This document shows, piece after piece, positions 19,145 through 28,182 of a stretch of DNA of 45,310 nucleotides. The notes beneath the pieces are model-generated. The model saw nothing but the letters and a program-made list of their open reading frames with translations. It had not been told where the DNA came from and ran no database searches. Positions within the stretch are counted from its first letter, which is position 1, and each line of letters opens with the position of its first letter. Location: positions 1 through 45,310 of the forward strand of contig CAXNHY010000001.1 in NCBI GenBank assembly GCA_964202425.1. Reading direction: 5' to 3'. This DNA comes from Microbacteriaceae bacterium MWH-Ta3. Lineage in GTDB: Bacteria > Actinomycetota > Actinomycetes > Actinomycetales > Microbacteriaceae. Made by a program: the position numbers and the translations under genes.

Positions 19145-20098
19145 GTGGCACGCATCGCAATTTCGGGTTCGACCGGTTTCGTCGGGAGCAATATCGCCGA
19201 GGCGCTCCTCGCGGCTGGTCATGAGGTCGTGGGGTTGACGCGCGACTCGTCGCGACACTCCGCTCCGTGGACTCTCCTTGACGTCGACTATTCGTCCGTC
19301 GAGTCGCTCTCCGCAGCAACCGACAACTGTGACGCCGTGGTGCACTGTGCCATCGCCAACGATTTCATCCGCCTCATGGACGACCGACCGGCAGCTTACG
19401 AAAACTACGTTGCCGTCACGGAGCGACTCGGTCGCGTCACCGACGCCAACGGAAGCAAATACATTTTCATTTCGAGCGACTGGGTCATGGACGGCACCGG
19501 GCATCTCGAGCCAGAGACAAATGCCGGCAACGCCATCAACTACTACGGGTACCTCAAAGGGCTCGGTGAGCAGGCCGTTCACAGCGCGCTCGAAGGACGC
19601 GGGGCTGTCGCTCGAATCGCTGGAGTGATGGGTCGACACCGAATTGCTGAAGCCCCGCGACTGCAAGACGTCGGCTTCGGGTACTTCGTTGACACGCTCG
19701 TGCGAGCTCTTCGGGCCGGTGACGAGTTCGTCGTCTGGGGAGGGGATTTTGTGAACACCGTCACCACGCCGTCGCTTGCTTCTGAAGTTGGGGCGCAGAT
19801 CGGTCGAATCGTCGAACGCAACGCGACGGGGACTCTGCACCTCGTTGGCGACACCGCCGTGACGCGACTCAAACTCGCCTACACCGCGTGCGACGTCTTC
19901 GACCTCCCTCGTTCGCTGATCCGAGAGGGTGAACCGCCAGCCAGTGAACTGTTCCCCGCGCCAGTCCCCAAAGATTCAAGCCTCGGAAACGCGCACACCA
20001 AGCAGGTGCTGGGAATCGGGCCGCAATCCGTTCACGACCTGCTCATCGCCTTCCGTCGAGAAATCGACGGTGGATCGGTTAGCCCGATCACGTCCTAA
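19145..20098 (+). CDS. Extended SDR, RmlD-like NAD(P)-dependent sugar reductase/epimerase
   Basis: ISGSTGFVG, FISSDWV (compare RmlD ISTDYV), YGYLK catalytic motif. Start GTG 19145 follows AAGGAG. Confidence 0.8.
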   Translation: MARIAISGSTGFVGSNIAEALLAAGHEVVGLTRDSSRHSAPWTLLDVDYSSVESLSAATDNCDAVVHCAIANDFIRLMDDRPAAYENYVAVTERLGRVTDANGSKYIFISSDWVMDGTGHLEPETNAGNAINYYGYLKGLGEQAVHSALEGRGAVARIAGVMGRHRIAEAPRLQDVGFGYFVDTLVRALRAGDEFVVWGGDFVNTVTTPSLASEVGAQIGRIVERNATGTLHLVGDTAVTRLKLAYTACDVFDLPRSLIREGEPPASELFPAPVPKDSSLGNAHTKQVLGIGPQSVHDLLIAFRREIDGGSVSPITS

Positions 20099-20107
20099 CC
20101 CGGTGCG

Positions 20108-21601
20108 TTAGTTCTGCGGGAACCCGAGATTGATACCGCCGTGGCTCGGGTCGAGCCAACGAGATGTCATCGTCTTCTCTTGTGTGAAGAAGTTGAACCC
20201 GTAAACGCCGTGAGCCTTCGAGTCACCGAAGAGTGATGCCTTCCAGCCGCCGAACGAGTAGTACGCGACAGGCACGGGAATCGGAACGTTAATTCCGATC
20301 ATGCCGACCTGGATCTCGTTCTGGAATCGGCGTGCAGCTCCACCGTCGTTCGTGAAGATTGCCGTTCCGTTTCCGAAAGCACCGTTATTGATGAGTTCAA
20401 CTCCGGCCTCGAACGTCTTCACTCGAACGACAGACAAGACGGGTCCGAAGATTTCTTCCGTGTACACCTTCGACGTTGTCGGGACGTTGTCGATGAGGGT
20501 GGGTCCGAGCCAGAAACCGTTGGGGTCACCGTCGACCTCGATACCGCGACCGTCGACGACAACCGTTGCACCGTCGTTGATCGCGATGTCAATATACGAC
20601 GCAACCTTGTCTCGGTGTTGCTCTGTGACGAGCGGTCCCATGTCACACGAGCGGCGACCGTCACCAATCTTGAGTCCACGCATACGCTCAACGATTTTCT
20701 CGATGAGTGCGTCGGCGACAGGCTCGACCGCGACAACAACGGAGATTGCCATGCAGCGTTCACCGGCAGAGCCAAACCCGGCGTTGATGGCCGAGTCAGC
20801 AACGAGGTCGAGGTCGGCATCGGGAAGGACGAGCATGTGGTTCTTCGCACCACCGAGCGCTTGAACGCGCTTTCCGTGCTTAGCGCCAGTCTCGTATACG
20901 TATTGAGCAATCGGCGTCGAGCCGACGAACGAGATGGCGTGAACGCGAGGGTCCGTGAGGAGCCCGTCGACGGACTCCTTGTCGCCGTTGAGGACCGTGA
21001 AAACGCCATCGGGAAGGCCGGCTTCTTGCCAAAGTTCGGCGAGCCAAATTGCGGCGGACGGATCCTTCTCGGAAGGCTTGAGCACAACGGTGTTCCCAGC
21101 TGCGATGGCGATGGGGAAGAACCACATCGGGACCATCGCGGGGAAGTTGAACGGGGAGATGATTCCGACAACACCGAGCGGCTGACGAATCGAATACACG
21201 TCGACACCCGTCGACACGTTCTCGCTGAACGAGCCCTTGAGCAAGTGGGTCATTCCGCACGCAAACTCGACCACTTCTTGTCCTCGGGAAATTTCACCGA
21301 GAGCATCGGAGAGTACCTTGCCGTGTTCGGCGGTGAGGATTTCGGCGAGCTCACCCTTCTTGGCGTTGAGCAACTCGCGGAAGTTGAAGATGATGGCTTG
21401 ACGACGGGCGAGCGACATGTCGCGCCATTCGGGGAACGCGGCGTTCGCACTCGAAATGGCCTTGTCGATATCAGCGTGGTTCGCAAGAACCACACGCTTC
21501 GTTTCCTTGCCGAGGGCAGGATCGAAGACGGGAGCCGTGCGGTCGGAGGTTCCGGGATCGCGTTTTCCACTGATCCAGTGTGGGACGGTGTTCGTTGTCA
21601 T
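20108..21601 (-). CDS. iolA: CoA-acylating (methyl)malonate-semialdehyde dehydrogenase, IolA/MmsA
   Basis: PFNFPAMVPMW, KPSEKDP, SFVGSTP, ALGGAKNH, GSAGERCMA, EEIFGP, GINVPIPVP. Confidence 0.95.
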   Translation of the reverse strand: MTTNTVPHWISGKRDPGTSDRTAPVFDPALGKETKRVVLANHADIDKAISSANAAFPEWRDMSLARRQAIIFNFRELLNAKKGELAEILTAEHGKVLSDALGEISRGQEVVEFACGMTHLLKGSFSENVSTGVDVYSIRQPLGVVGIISPFNFPAMVPMWFFPIAIAAGNTVVLKPSEKDPSAAIWLAELWQEAGLPDGVFTVLNGDKESVDGLLTDPRVHAISFVGSTPIAQYVYETGAKHGKRVQALGGAKNHMLVLPDADLDLVADSAINAGFGSAGERCMAISVVVAVEPVADALIEKIVERMRGLKIGDGRRSCDMGPLVTEQHRDKVASYIDIAINDGATVVVDGRGIEVDGDPNGFWLGPTLIDNVPTTSKVYTEEIFGPVLSVVRVKTFEAGVELINNGAFGNGTAIFTNDGGAARRFQNEIQVGMIGINVPIPVPVAYYSFGGWKASLFGDSKAHGVYGFNFFTQEKTMTSRWLDPSHGGINLGFPQN

Positions 21602-21622
21602 GTTTTTTCCTTTGGGTGTGAA

Positions 21623-22501
21623 CTATCCGTGTACAAGTGTGGCAGCAACATCGACCGCGCGTGCGACATCGCCGTCGTGCGGGTACAGCATTGAGCGACC
21701 GACGACGAGCCCGCGCACTCCGGGAAGGCGCAGTGCGTTTCCCCACTGCTCGATGAGTGCATCAACGTTTTCGCCTGGATCGCCCCCGAGCAACAGCGTG
21801 GGTAGGGTAGTCGCGGCCATGACTCGCTCCATGTCGTCGACCACCGGCAGCTTGAGCCACGAGTATGCGCTCGAGTTTCCGAGTCCGGCGGCAATCGCGA
21901 CGGAGAGGATGACCTGATCCGTCGAAAGGTTGTTCTTGATCTCGCCGTTTACCCATTCGCTCATAAACGGTTCGAGCATGATGGGGATCCCCAGTTCCGC
22001 CGCGTCACTCACGGCGAGCGCCGACGCTTCGAGGGTGTCGGCCGTGCCAGCGTCGGCAAGGTTGATCCGAACAAGGTTCTTGGCGAAGTCGAGGCCATCG
22101 CGGTCGATTGCTGGCATGTCGTACGCGGTGTATCGGTCATCCATTTCGAATGACGCCCCGCGCAGCCCGCCGCGATTCATGGAGCCCACAACAATCTTGT
22201 TCTCGAGCAAACCGAGAAGCGCGAGGTCGTCGATGATGTCAGGGGTGCCGAGCACCCCGTCAACGCCTGGGCGCGACAGCGCTTCAGCGAGGTTTGTGAG
22301 GAGCTGGTAGCGATCAGCCATCGCTGTGGCGTTACCGTTGACCGCGATTGCTCCCCTAGCTGGGTGATCCGCGGCGACAATCATGAGTCGACCGTCTCCC
22401 TCGACAATCGGACGGCGGGTCCGCTTCGCATAGACCTCCGCAAGGCGGCTGGGGTTCGTCGCGCGTGTCTCGCGGAGCGCGTCGAAATCTAGAGTGACCA
22501 T
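21623..22501 (-). CDS. DeoC/FbaB-type class I aldolase (Cgl0159-like TIM barrel)
   Basis: IVAADHPARG, GSMNRGGL, Schiff-base WLKLP, LLLGG, GLVVGR; directly follows iolC as in actinobacterial iol clusters. Confidence 0.82.
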   Translation of the reverse strand: MVTLDFDALRETRATNPSRLAEVYAKRTRRPIVEGDGRLMIVAADHPARGAIAVNGNATAMADRYQLLTNLAEALSRPGVDGVLGTPDIIDDLALLGLLENKIVVGSMNRGGLRGASFEMDDRYTAYDMPAIDRDGLDFAKNLVRINLADAGTADTLEASALAVSDAAELGIPIMLEPFMSEWVNGEIKNNLSTDQVILSVAIAAGLGNSSAYSWLKLPVVDDMERVMAATTLPTLLLGGDPGENVDALIEQWGNALRLPGVRGLVVGRSMLYPHDGDVARAVDVAATLVHG

Positions 22502-23448
22502 TAGGCAATCTCCTTGAGAATGGCGTCAACTTCGTCTGTGGTGGGCATTGCTGTTGAACATTCGAGGCGGCCGGCAACGATAGCCCCTGCGACATTGGCG
22601 AATCGGAGAATGTGCTCAAGATCCCAGCCCTGGAGGAGCCCGAAGCACAACGCACCTCCGAACGAATCACCAGCACCAAGGCCGTTGACCACATCGACGA
22701 AATAGGGAGGAACTTCGACGGTCGTCTCAGCTGTCTTGGCAAGGACACCCTTGGGCCCTTGTTTGACGATCGCAAGTTCGATACCGCGATTGAGCAATGC
22801 GTCAGCCGCCCGGTGGGGGTCGGTTTCGCCGACCGCAATCTCGCACTCTTCTTTGTTGCCGACGGCGACGGTGACTTTGTCGAGCGCGCGGTCAACCTCA
22901 CGATGCGCAGATTCTCCGGAATCCCAGAACATTTCTCGATAGTCGAGGTCGAGAATCGTGAGTGGCGCACGGCCCCTGGCGTCCCACGCCGTGTGATGTG
23001 CTTCGCGAGAAGGCTCTTGGCTCAACCCCGTGACGGTTGACCAGTAAATTCGTGCGTCTCGGATGGCATCGAGGTCGAGTTCGTCTGAGTTGATTTCAAG
23101 ATCCGGTGCTTTTGGCTCGCGATAGAAGTAGAGGGGAAAGTCGTCTGGCGGAAAAATCTCGCAGAACACAACGGGAGTGTTGAGGCCACTCACGGACGAG
23201 ACGAACGAGTCGCTCACCCCGAGGCGGACGAGTTCGTTGTGCACGAATTTTCCGAACGGATCGTCGCCGGTTCGAGTGATGACGGCTGTCTTCAGGCCGT
23301 GTCGAGCAGCTGCGACGGCAACGTTGGTCGCGCTCCCTCCGAGAAACTTTCCAAACGACGTGACGTCTTCAAGCCCAACGCCCACCTGGAGTGGGTAGAT
23401 GTCGACCCCGACGCGACCAATGGTGATGACATCAAACGGCACCGCCAT
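22501..23448 (-). CDS. iolC: 5-dehydro-2-deoxygluconokinase (PfkB family)
   Basis: GRVGVDIYP, KFLGGSATNVAVAAARHG, EIFPPDDFPLYFYR, DLDYR, NGLGAGDSF. Confidence 0.93.
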   Translation of the reverse strand: MAVPFDVITIGRVGVDIYPLQVGVGLEDVTSFGKFLGGSATNVAVAAARHGLKTAVITRTGDDPFGKFVHNELVRLGVSDSFVSSVSGLNTPVVFCEIFPPDDFPLYFYREPKAPDLEINSDELDLDAIRDARIYWSTVTGLSQEPSREAHHTAWDARGRAPLTILDLDYREMFWDSGESAHREVDRALDKVTVAVGNKEECEIAVGETDPHRAADALLNRGIELAIVKQGPKGVLAKTAETTVEVPPYFVDVVNGLGAGDSFGGALCFGLLQGWDLEHILRFANVAGAIVAGRLECSTAMPTTDEVDAILKEIA

Positions 23449-23484
23449 CGTGTCACCTCATTTCTCGTCTAAACGCTTCTAGTG

Positions 23485-23502
23485 ACTATGTTAGGACAAA
23501 GT
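23485..23502. promoter_or_regulatory. Candidate GntR/IolR operator upstream of iolC
   Basis: Near-palindrome ACTATGT-TAGG-ACAAAGT. Confidence 0.75.
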
Positions 23503-23570
23503 TGGTGCGAGGGCAAACGATGACCGCCCGTCGCACGTTATGTGTGGGTGGTCGCTGTCAGAATGCTGTC

Positions 23571-24842
23571 ATGGAACCTTACATTTTTCTCCTCATCGGA
23601 ATCGCAGCCGGTGCAGTGATCGGCTGGCTTGTTGCCCGCGTCCGCGCACCCCTCGGCGGAAACGATCCAGCTGCGGTCGCCGGCCTGACGGCCACCCGCG
23701 ATGCCCAGGCCCTCCAGATTGACGACCTCAAGGCTCAACTCACTCAAATGCGCACTGCTGAGGAAGCCCGCAAGGCAGATGAAAACGAAGTCCTCAAGCA
23801 ACTCGCGCCCGTTGAACTCATGCTCAAGCAACTCGGCGATTCCGTTCGCGCAATGGAAAACGAGCGAGGAACCCAGTTCAATGCGATCGACAAAGCGCTG
23901 AAGCAAGCGCGCGAAGACGCAGACAAGCTCACAACGGTCACGTTCGGGCTCAAATCAGCGCTCGGCAACGCCAACGTCCGCGGCCACTGGGGCGAAACGC
24001 AACTCCGACGAGTTGTCGAAGCCGCCGGACTCGTTGAACACGTCGACTTCACGACACAGGTTCACAAAGCGGGAGACGACGACTCTGCCGCTGCACGCCC
24101 CGACATGGTCATCAACCTTCCGGAGAACGCCCACATTGTTGTTGACAGCAAAGTTCCGCTCGTCAAATACATGGAGGCAATGGAACTGACAGAACAGGGC
24201 GGCGATGCCAAGGCCCTGTTGAAGGAACACGCCAAACACGTTCGTGGTCACGTGAAGACACTCGCCGACAAGAAGTATTGGGAGAAATTCTCCGACACCG
24301 CCGACTACGTCATCCTGTTCCTTCCCAGTGAGGCTGTCCTTGCGGAAGCCTTGAGCGCAGACCCGAGCCTTTACGAAGACGCCCTCAAAATGAACGTTGC
24401 GCTCGTCTCGCCCAACGGAATGTTCACGACACTCAAATCCGTCGCATACATCTGGCGGCAACACTCTCAAACCGAAGAAGTGGTCAAAATCGTCCACCTC
24501 GGTCAAGCGCTTTTCAAGAGTCTCGGGCAAGCGGCCACGGACGTTTCCAAGATGGGCAGCCACCTCTCCACTGTCGTCCAGGCGTATAACGATCTGGTCG
24601 CCAAAATGGAGGGAGGTGTTCTGCGCGCCGCAAAGAAGTTCCCCGGAATCAACATGGAGGGGCTCAAAGAGCTCACCGCCATCGACAAAGAGCCGCGGGA
24701 AATCAAGGTCGATCGGTTCCCCGAACCGCTCGCGCTCGACAACAATCTCGACAACAGTGAGTTCGACGAAATCGAAATCGATTTAGGAGAAATCCCGGAA
24801 GCGTCCACAATGGACACTGATGAGGACAACGACAAAGCCTAG
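23571..24842 (+). CDS. rmuC: DNA recombination protein RmuC
   Basis: N-terminal TM, coiled coil, RGHWGE.QL, RPDMVI.LP, VVDSKVPL, LFLPSE. Start ATG 23571 is 6 nt after CAGAAT. Confidence 0.92.
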   Translation: MEPYIFLLIGIAAGAVIGWLVARVRAPLGGNDPAAVAGLTATRDAQALQIDDLKAQLTQMRTAEEARKADENEVLKQLAPVELMLKQLGDSVRAMENERGTQFNAIDKALKQAREDADKLTTVTFGLKSALGNANVRGHWGETQLRRVVEAAGLVEHVDFTTQVHKAGDDDSAAARPDMVINLPENAHIVVDSKVPLVKYMEAMELTEQGGDAKALLKEHAKHVRGHVKTLADKKYWEKFSDTADYVILFLPSEAVLAEALSADPSLYEDALKMNVALVSPNGMFTTLKSVAYIWRQHSQTEEVVKIVHLGQALFKSLGQAATDVSKMGSHLSTVVQAYNDLVAKMEGGVLRAAKKFPGINMEGLKELTAIDKEPREIKVDRFPEPLALDNNLDNSEFDEIEIDLGEIPEASTMDTDEDNDKA

Positions 24843-26055
24843 CCACGCTCTGCGCGACAGCCTCGTCGCCATCGCGGGGGTTATTCTGATCGCGGCAAAC
24901 CTTCGGGCAGCCGTCTCTGGCCTCTCCCCCATCTACGACATCGTCAGTCGCGATGTACCTCTCGGAATCGACGCCCGCGCGCTTCTCGGCTCGTTGCCAC
25001 CCATCGGATTTGTCATCGGCGGCCTCATCACACCAAGTCTCACCAGGCGAATAGGGCTCGAGTGGAACCTCGTCGTGCTCGTGTTGACGATTGTCGCCGG
25101 CCACCTCTTGCGAAGTGTCGCAACGGATTGGACAATCCTCGCTCTCGGGTCAGCAATCGCACTCGTCGGCAGTGGCATGGGAAACGTGTCGCTGCCACCG
25201 GTCATCAAAAAGTATTTTCCCCATCACATCGGCACGATGTCGGCGACCTACATCGCCTTCGTGTCGTTGGGTTCCGTCTTGCCGCCACTCATCGGGGTGC
25301 CGCTCAGCGAAGCAGCTTCCTGGCGGCTGACGATGGTGCTGTGGGCGGTCTTCGCCGCGCTCGCCCTCATCCCCTGGTTGATGCACATCCGCGACACCAA
25401 ACAACTGACCACGAACATCGAGCCGCCGCGCACTGGGCCGCCGCTCAACCTCCGACGTTCACCGACCGCGTGGGCGATCGCCGTCGCGTTTTCCGTCTCG
25501 AGTATCACGGGGTACGGGATGTTTGCGTGGCTTCCCGACATCGCGAAAGACGCCGCTGGAATGAGTGAACTAGAGGCTGCCGTCTTGCTCTCAATTTTCG
25601 CCTTTGCAGGAACACCGATGTCGGTCGTGATGCCTCTTGTGGCCGCTCGAGTGAAAAACATTGGTTGGCTGACTGCGGTGGGAGGCATGCTCATCAGTGC
25701 AGGGTTCGGTGGGATGCTCCTCGCGCCAACGGTTGCGCCGTACCTCTGGGTGATTCTTTTCGGAACAGGGCCTCTGCTCTTCCCGCTCGCGCTCGCGCTC
25801 ATCAACCTGCGCACCGAATCAACCGCGGCTTCACTGCAACTCAGTTCGTTCACTCAGTTCGTCGCGTACTCCGTTGCTGCGGTCGCACCTCCGCTGATGG
25901 GGCTGTCGCGAGCGGTCACGGGAAACTGGGACGTGGCACTCGGCGCACTGGCGCTGACCGGACTCGGGACGGCCTGGTCAGCTGTTGTGCTCGTACGCAA
26001 CTCGACCGTTGAATCAGAACTGGCCTCTCAGCCCAACCAACGCTCAGCGAGATAG
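24820..26055 (+). CDS. MFS transporter, CynX/NimT-like
   Basis: A.NLR....LSP, GNVSLP.VIK.YFP, AWLP, LFPLAL.LI.LR; about 12 TM segments. Confidence 0.85.
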   Translation: MRTTTKPSHALRDSLVAIAGVILIAANLRAAVSGLSPIYDIVSRDVPLGIDARALLGSLPPIGFVIGGLITPSLTRRIGLEWNLVVLVLTIVAGHLLRSVATDWTILALGSAIALVGSGMGNVSLPPVIKKYFPHHIGTMSATYIAFVSLGSVLPPLIGVPLSEAASWRLTMVLWAVFAALALIPWLMHIRDTKQLTTNIEPPRTGPPLNLRRSPTAWAIAVAFSVSSITGYGMFAWLPDIAKDAAGMSELEAAVLLSIFAFAGTPMSVVMPLVAARVKNIGWLTAVGGMLISAGFGGMLLAPTVAPYLWVILFGTGPLLFPLALALINLRTESTAASLQLSSFTQFVAYSVAAVAPPLMGLSRAVTGNWDVALGALALTGLGTAWSAVVLVRNSTVESELASQPNQRSAR

Positions 26056-27002
26056 TCGGAACTGATTCGCCGGATTGTGCCAGATCGAGCCCTGAACACG
26101 ACACTCTCTGTCCGCAACCAATCGCCGTCGTGACGAACGCCACGCACGAGCTCTCCGTCGGTCACACCTGTCGCAACAAAAAAAGTGTTGTCCCCCGCGA
26201 CGAGTTCGTCTGCGGAATACACGTAGTCAAACTTGAGTCCAGTCGCCGCGCCGCGTTCGCGCTCCTCGTCTGACCCTGGCGCCAATCGCCCTTGAATGAA
26301 TCCGCCGAGGGCCTTGATCGCGCACGTTGTCGCGACACCCTCAGGGCTACCGCCGATTCCGTAGCAGAGATCAAGTCGGCTGTCGTGGCGCGCTGCATTG
26401 ATCCCGGCAGCGACATCACCGTCGAGAATCAAGCGAGTGTGTGCCCCGACAGACCGAATCTCGTCAATAGCCTCCGCGTGGCGAGGGCGGTCGAGAATCG
26501 CAACTTTGATTTCGCCGACGGGTTTGTTCTTCTTGCGGGCGAGTTCGCGGATGTTGTCACCGAGAGATTGGGTGATGTCCATCACGCCAATTGCGTCAGC
26601 GCTCGAGACCAACTTCTCCATGTAAAACACACTCGACGCATCGAGCATTGTTCCGCGATCAGCGACCGCGAGCATCGAGATGGCGTGCCCGCGACCGGCG
26701 GCCGTCAAACTTGTTCCGTCGATTGGGTCGACGGCGATATCGCACTCCGGGCCACTGCCGTTTCCGACAACCTCGCCGTTGAACAACATCGGAGCGTTGT
26801 CTTTCTCGCCCTCACCGATAACGATTGTTCCGCGAAAATTGACGGTGCCAAGGAATGTTCGCATCGCGTCCACCGCTGCGCCATCCGCCGCATTTTTGTC
26901 ACCGCGCCCGACGAACGGCATCGCGCGGATCGCTGCCGCTTCCGTTGCTCGAACGAGTTCCAGCGCGAGGTTTCGATCGGGGTGGATAAACGGCTTGTCC
27001 AT
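26028..27002 (-). CDS. glpX: Class II fructose-1,6-bisphosphatase
   Basis: DRNLALELVRATEAAA, VIGEGEKD.APML, DIAVDPIDGT, YMEK, DRPRH, DGDV, GGSPEG, ATGVTDG. Confidence 0.96.
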   Translation of the reverse strand: MDKPFIHPDRNLALELVRATEAAAIRAMPFVGRGDKNAADGAAVDAMRTFLGTVNFRGTIVIGEGEKDNAPMLFNGEVVGNGSGPECDIAVDPIDGTSLTAAGRGHAISMLAVADRGTMLDASSVFYMEKLVSSADAIGVMDITQSLGDNIRELARKKNKPVGEIKVAILDRPRHAEAIDEIRSVGAHTRLILDGDVAAGINAARHDSRLDLCYGIGGSPEGVATTCAIKALGGFIQGRLAPGSDEERERGAATGLKFDYVYSADELVAGDNTFFVATGVTDGELVRGVRHDGDWLRTESVVFRARSGTIRRISSDYLAERWLG

Positions 27003-27118
27003 GGTGTCCCTCGTTGCTTCAGAGTAGTTCTGTCGTCAGTGGTGGCTGCTCCCCCAGCCTAGTCCGATGACCCCGCCGTTAGACTGGGCTCATCGGTTGC
27101 CTCTACTCAAGGAGAACT

Positions 27119-28144
27119 ATGCCCGTCGCAACACCAGACCAGTACGCCGAGATGCTCGACACCGCGAAACACAACGTTTTCGCGTTTCCCGCCATCAACG
27201 TCTCGTCATCGTCGACGATCAATGCAGTACTCCAGGGCCTCACCGAAGCCGGTTCAGACGGAATCCTTCAAGTGACGACGGGCGGAGCCGACTTTTTCGC
27301 TGGGCACACTGTCAAGGCTCGAGCCACCGGTGCGCTCGCGATGGCACGATATGTGCACGAGGTCGCGAAGTCGTACCCCATCACCGTGGCTATCCACACG
27401 GACCACTGCCCTAAGGATGCTCTTGACGGGTTTGTGTACCCGCTCATCGCCGCGAGTGAAGATGAAGTCAAATCTGGCCGCGAACCAATCTTCCAGTCGC
27501 ACATGTGGGACGGCTCAGCTGTTCCCCTCGCCGAAAACCTCGAAATCGCGAAGCAAATCCTCGTCAAGACTCGCAACATCAACGCCATCCTCGAAGTCGA
27601 AATCGGAGTCGTCGGTGGCGAGGAAGACGGTGTGAGCCACGACATCAACGAAAACCTGTACACGACACTCGAGGACGCCATCGCAACCGTCGAAGCTCTC
27701 GGCCTCGGCGAAAATGGCCGCTACATGGCAGCACTGACATTTGGGAATGTCCACGGCGTTTACAAGCCGGGCAATGTCAAGCTTCGTCCCGAAATCCTCG
27801 CGGATATTCAGGCTGGGTTGGCCGAAAAATACGGGACCGACGCGAAACCGCTCGACCTCGTTTTCCACGGCGGCTCCGGATCGACCGAGGACGAAATTTT
27901 CGAGGCCGTGCGCAACGGCGTTGTGAAAATGAACCTCGACACCGACACGCAGTACGCCTACACGCGTTCTGTCGCGGACACCATGCTCAAGAACTACGAC
28001 GGGGTCCTCAAAGTCGACGGCGAGGTGGGGAACAAGAAGGTGTACGACCCACGGTCGTGGGGCAAGCTCGCGGAAACTGCGATGGCTTCCCGCGTTGTCG
28101 ACTACGCGAAGCAGCTCGGCTCGGCCGGTCACGCCATCAAGTAG
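27119..28144 (+). CDS. fbaA: Class II fructose-bisphosphate aldolase
   Basis: HTDHC, FQSHMWDGS, EIGVVGGEEDG, FGNVHGVYKPG, VFHGGSGS, KMNLDTD. Confidence 0.97.
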   Translation: MPVATPDQYAEMLDTAKHNVFAFPAINVSSSSTINAVLQGLTEAGSDGILQVTTGGADFFAGHTVKARATGALAMARYVHEVAKSYPITVAIHTDHCPKDALDGFVYPLIAASEDEVKSGREPIFQSHMWDGSAVPLAENLEIAKQILVKTRNINAILEVEIGVVGGEEDGVSHDINENLYTTLEDAIATVEALGLGENGRYMAALTFGNVHGVYKPGNVKLRPEILADIQAGLAEKYGTDAKPLDLVFHGGSGSTEDEIFEAVRNGVVKMNLDTDTQYAYTRSVADTMLKNYDGVLKVDGEVGNKKVYDPRSWGKLAETAMASRVVDYAKQLGSAGHAIK

Positions 28145-28147
28145 AGG

Positions 28148-28175
28148 GAATCGCTCCGCGTGTACCGAGCGGTTC
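28148..28175 (+). terminator. Hairpin between convergent fbaA and ispH
   Basis: GAATCGCTC...GAGCGGTTC inverted repeat immediately after the fbaA stop. Confidence 0.45.
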
Positions 28176-28182
28176 TGTGAAT

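Noticed and set aside
20091-20100. CGTCCTAACC as a fifth iol operator
   Set aside because: It lies at the 3' end of convergent genes, includes a stop codon and lacks palindromic flanks.
20615-21694. Long antisense ORFs, e.g. 359 aa opposite iolA; also 6863-8053, 12311-13015, 17059-17778, 26292-27062, 36903-37607
   Set aside because: They lie opposite well-supported genes, lack recognisable motifs, and are the expected shadow ORFs of GC-rich codon usage.
24735-24760. Short tandem repeat CTCGACAACA in the rmuC tail
   Set aside because: Two in-frame copies in an acidic low-complexity tail (LDNNLDNS); no sign of phase variation.
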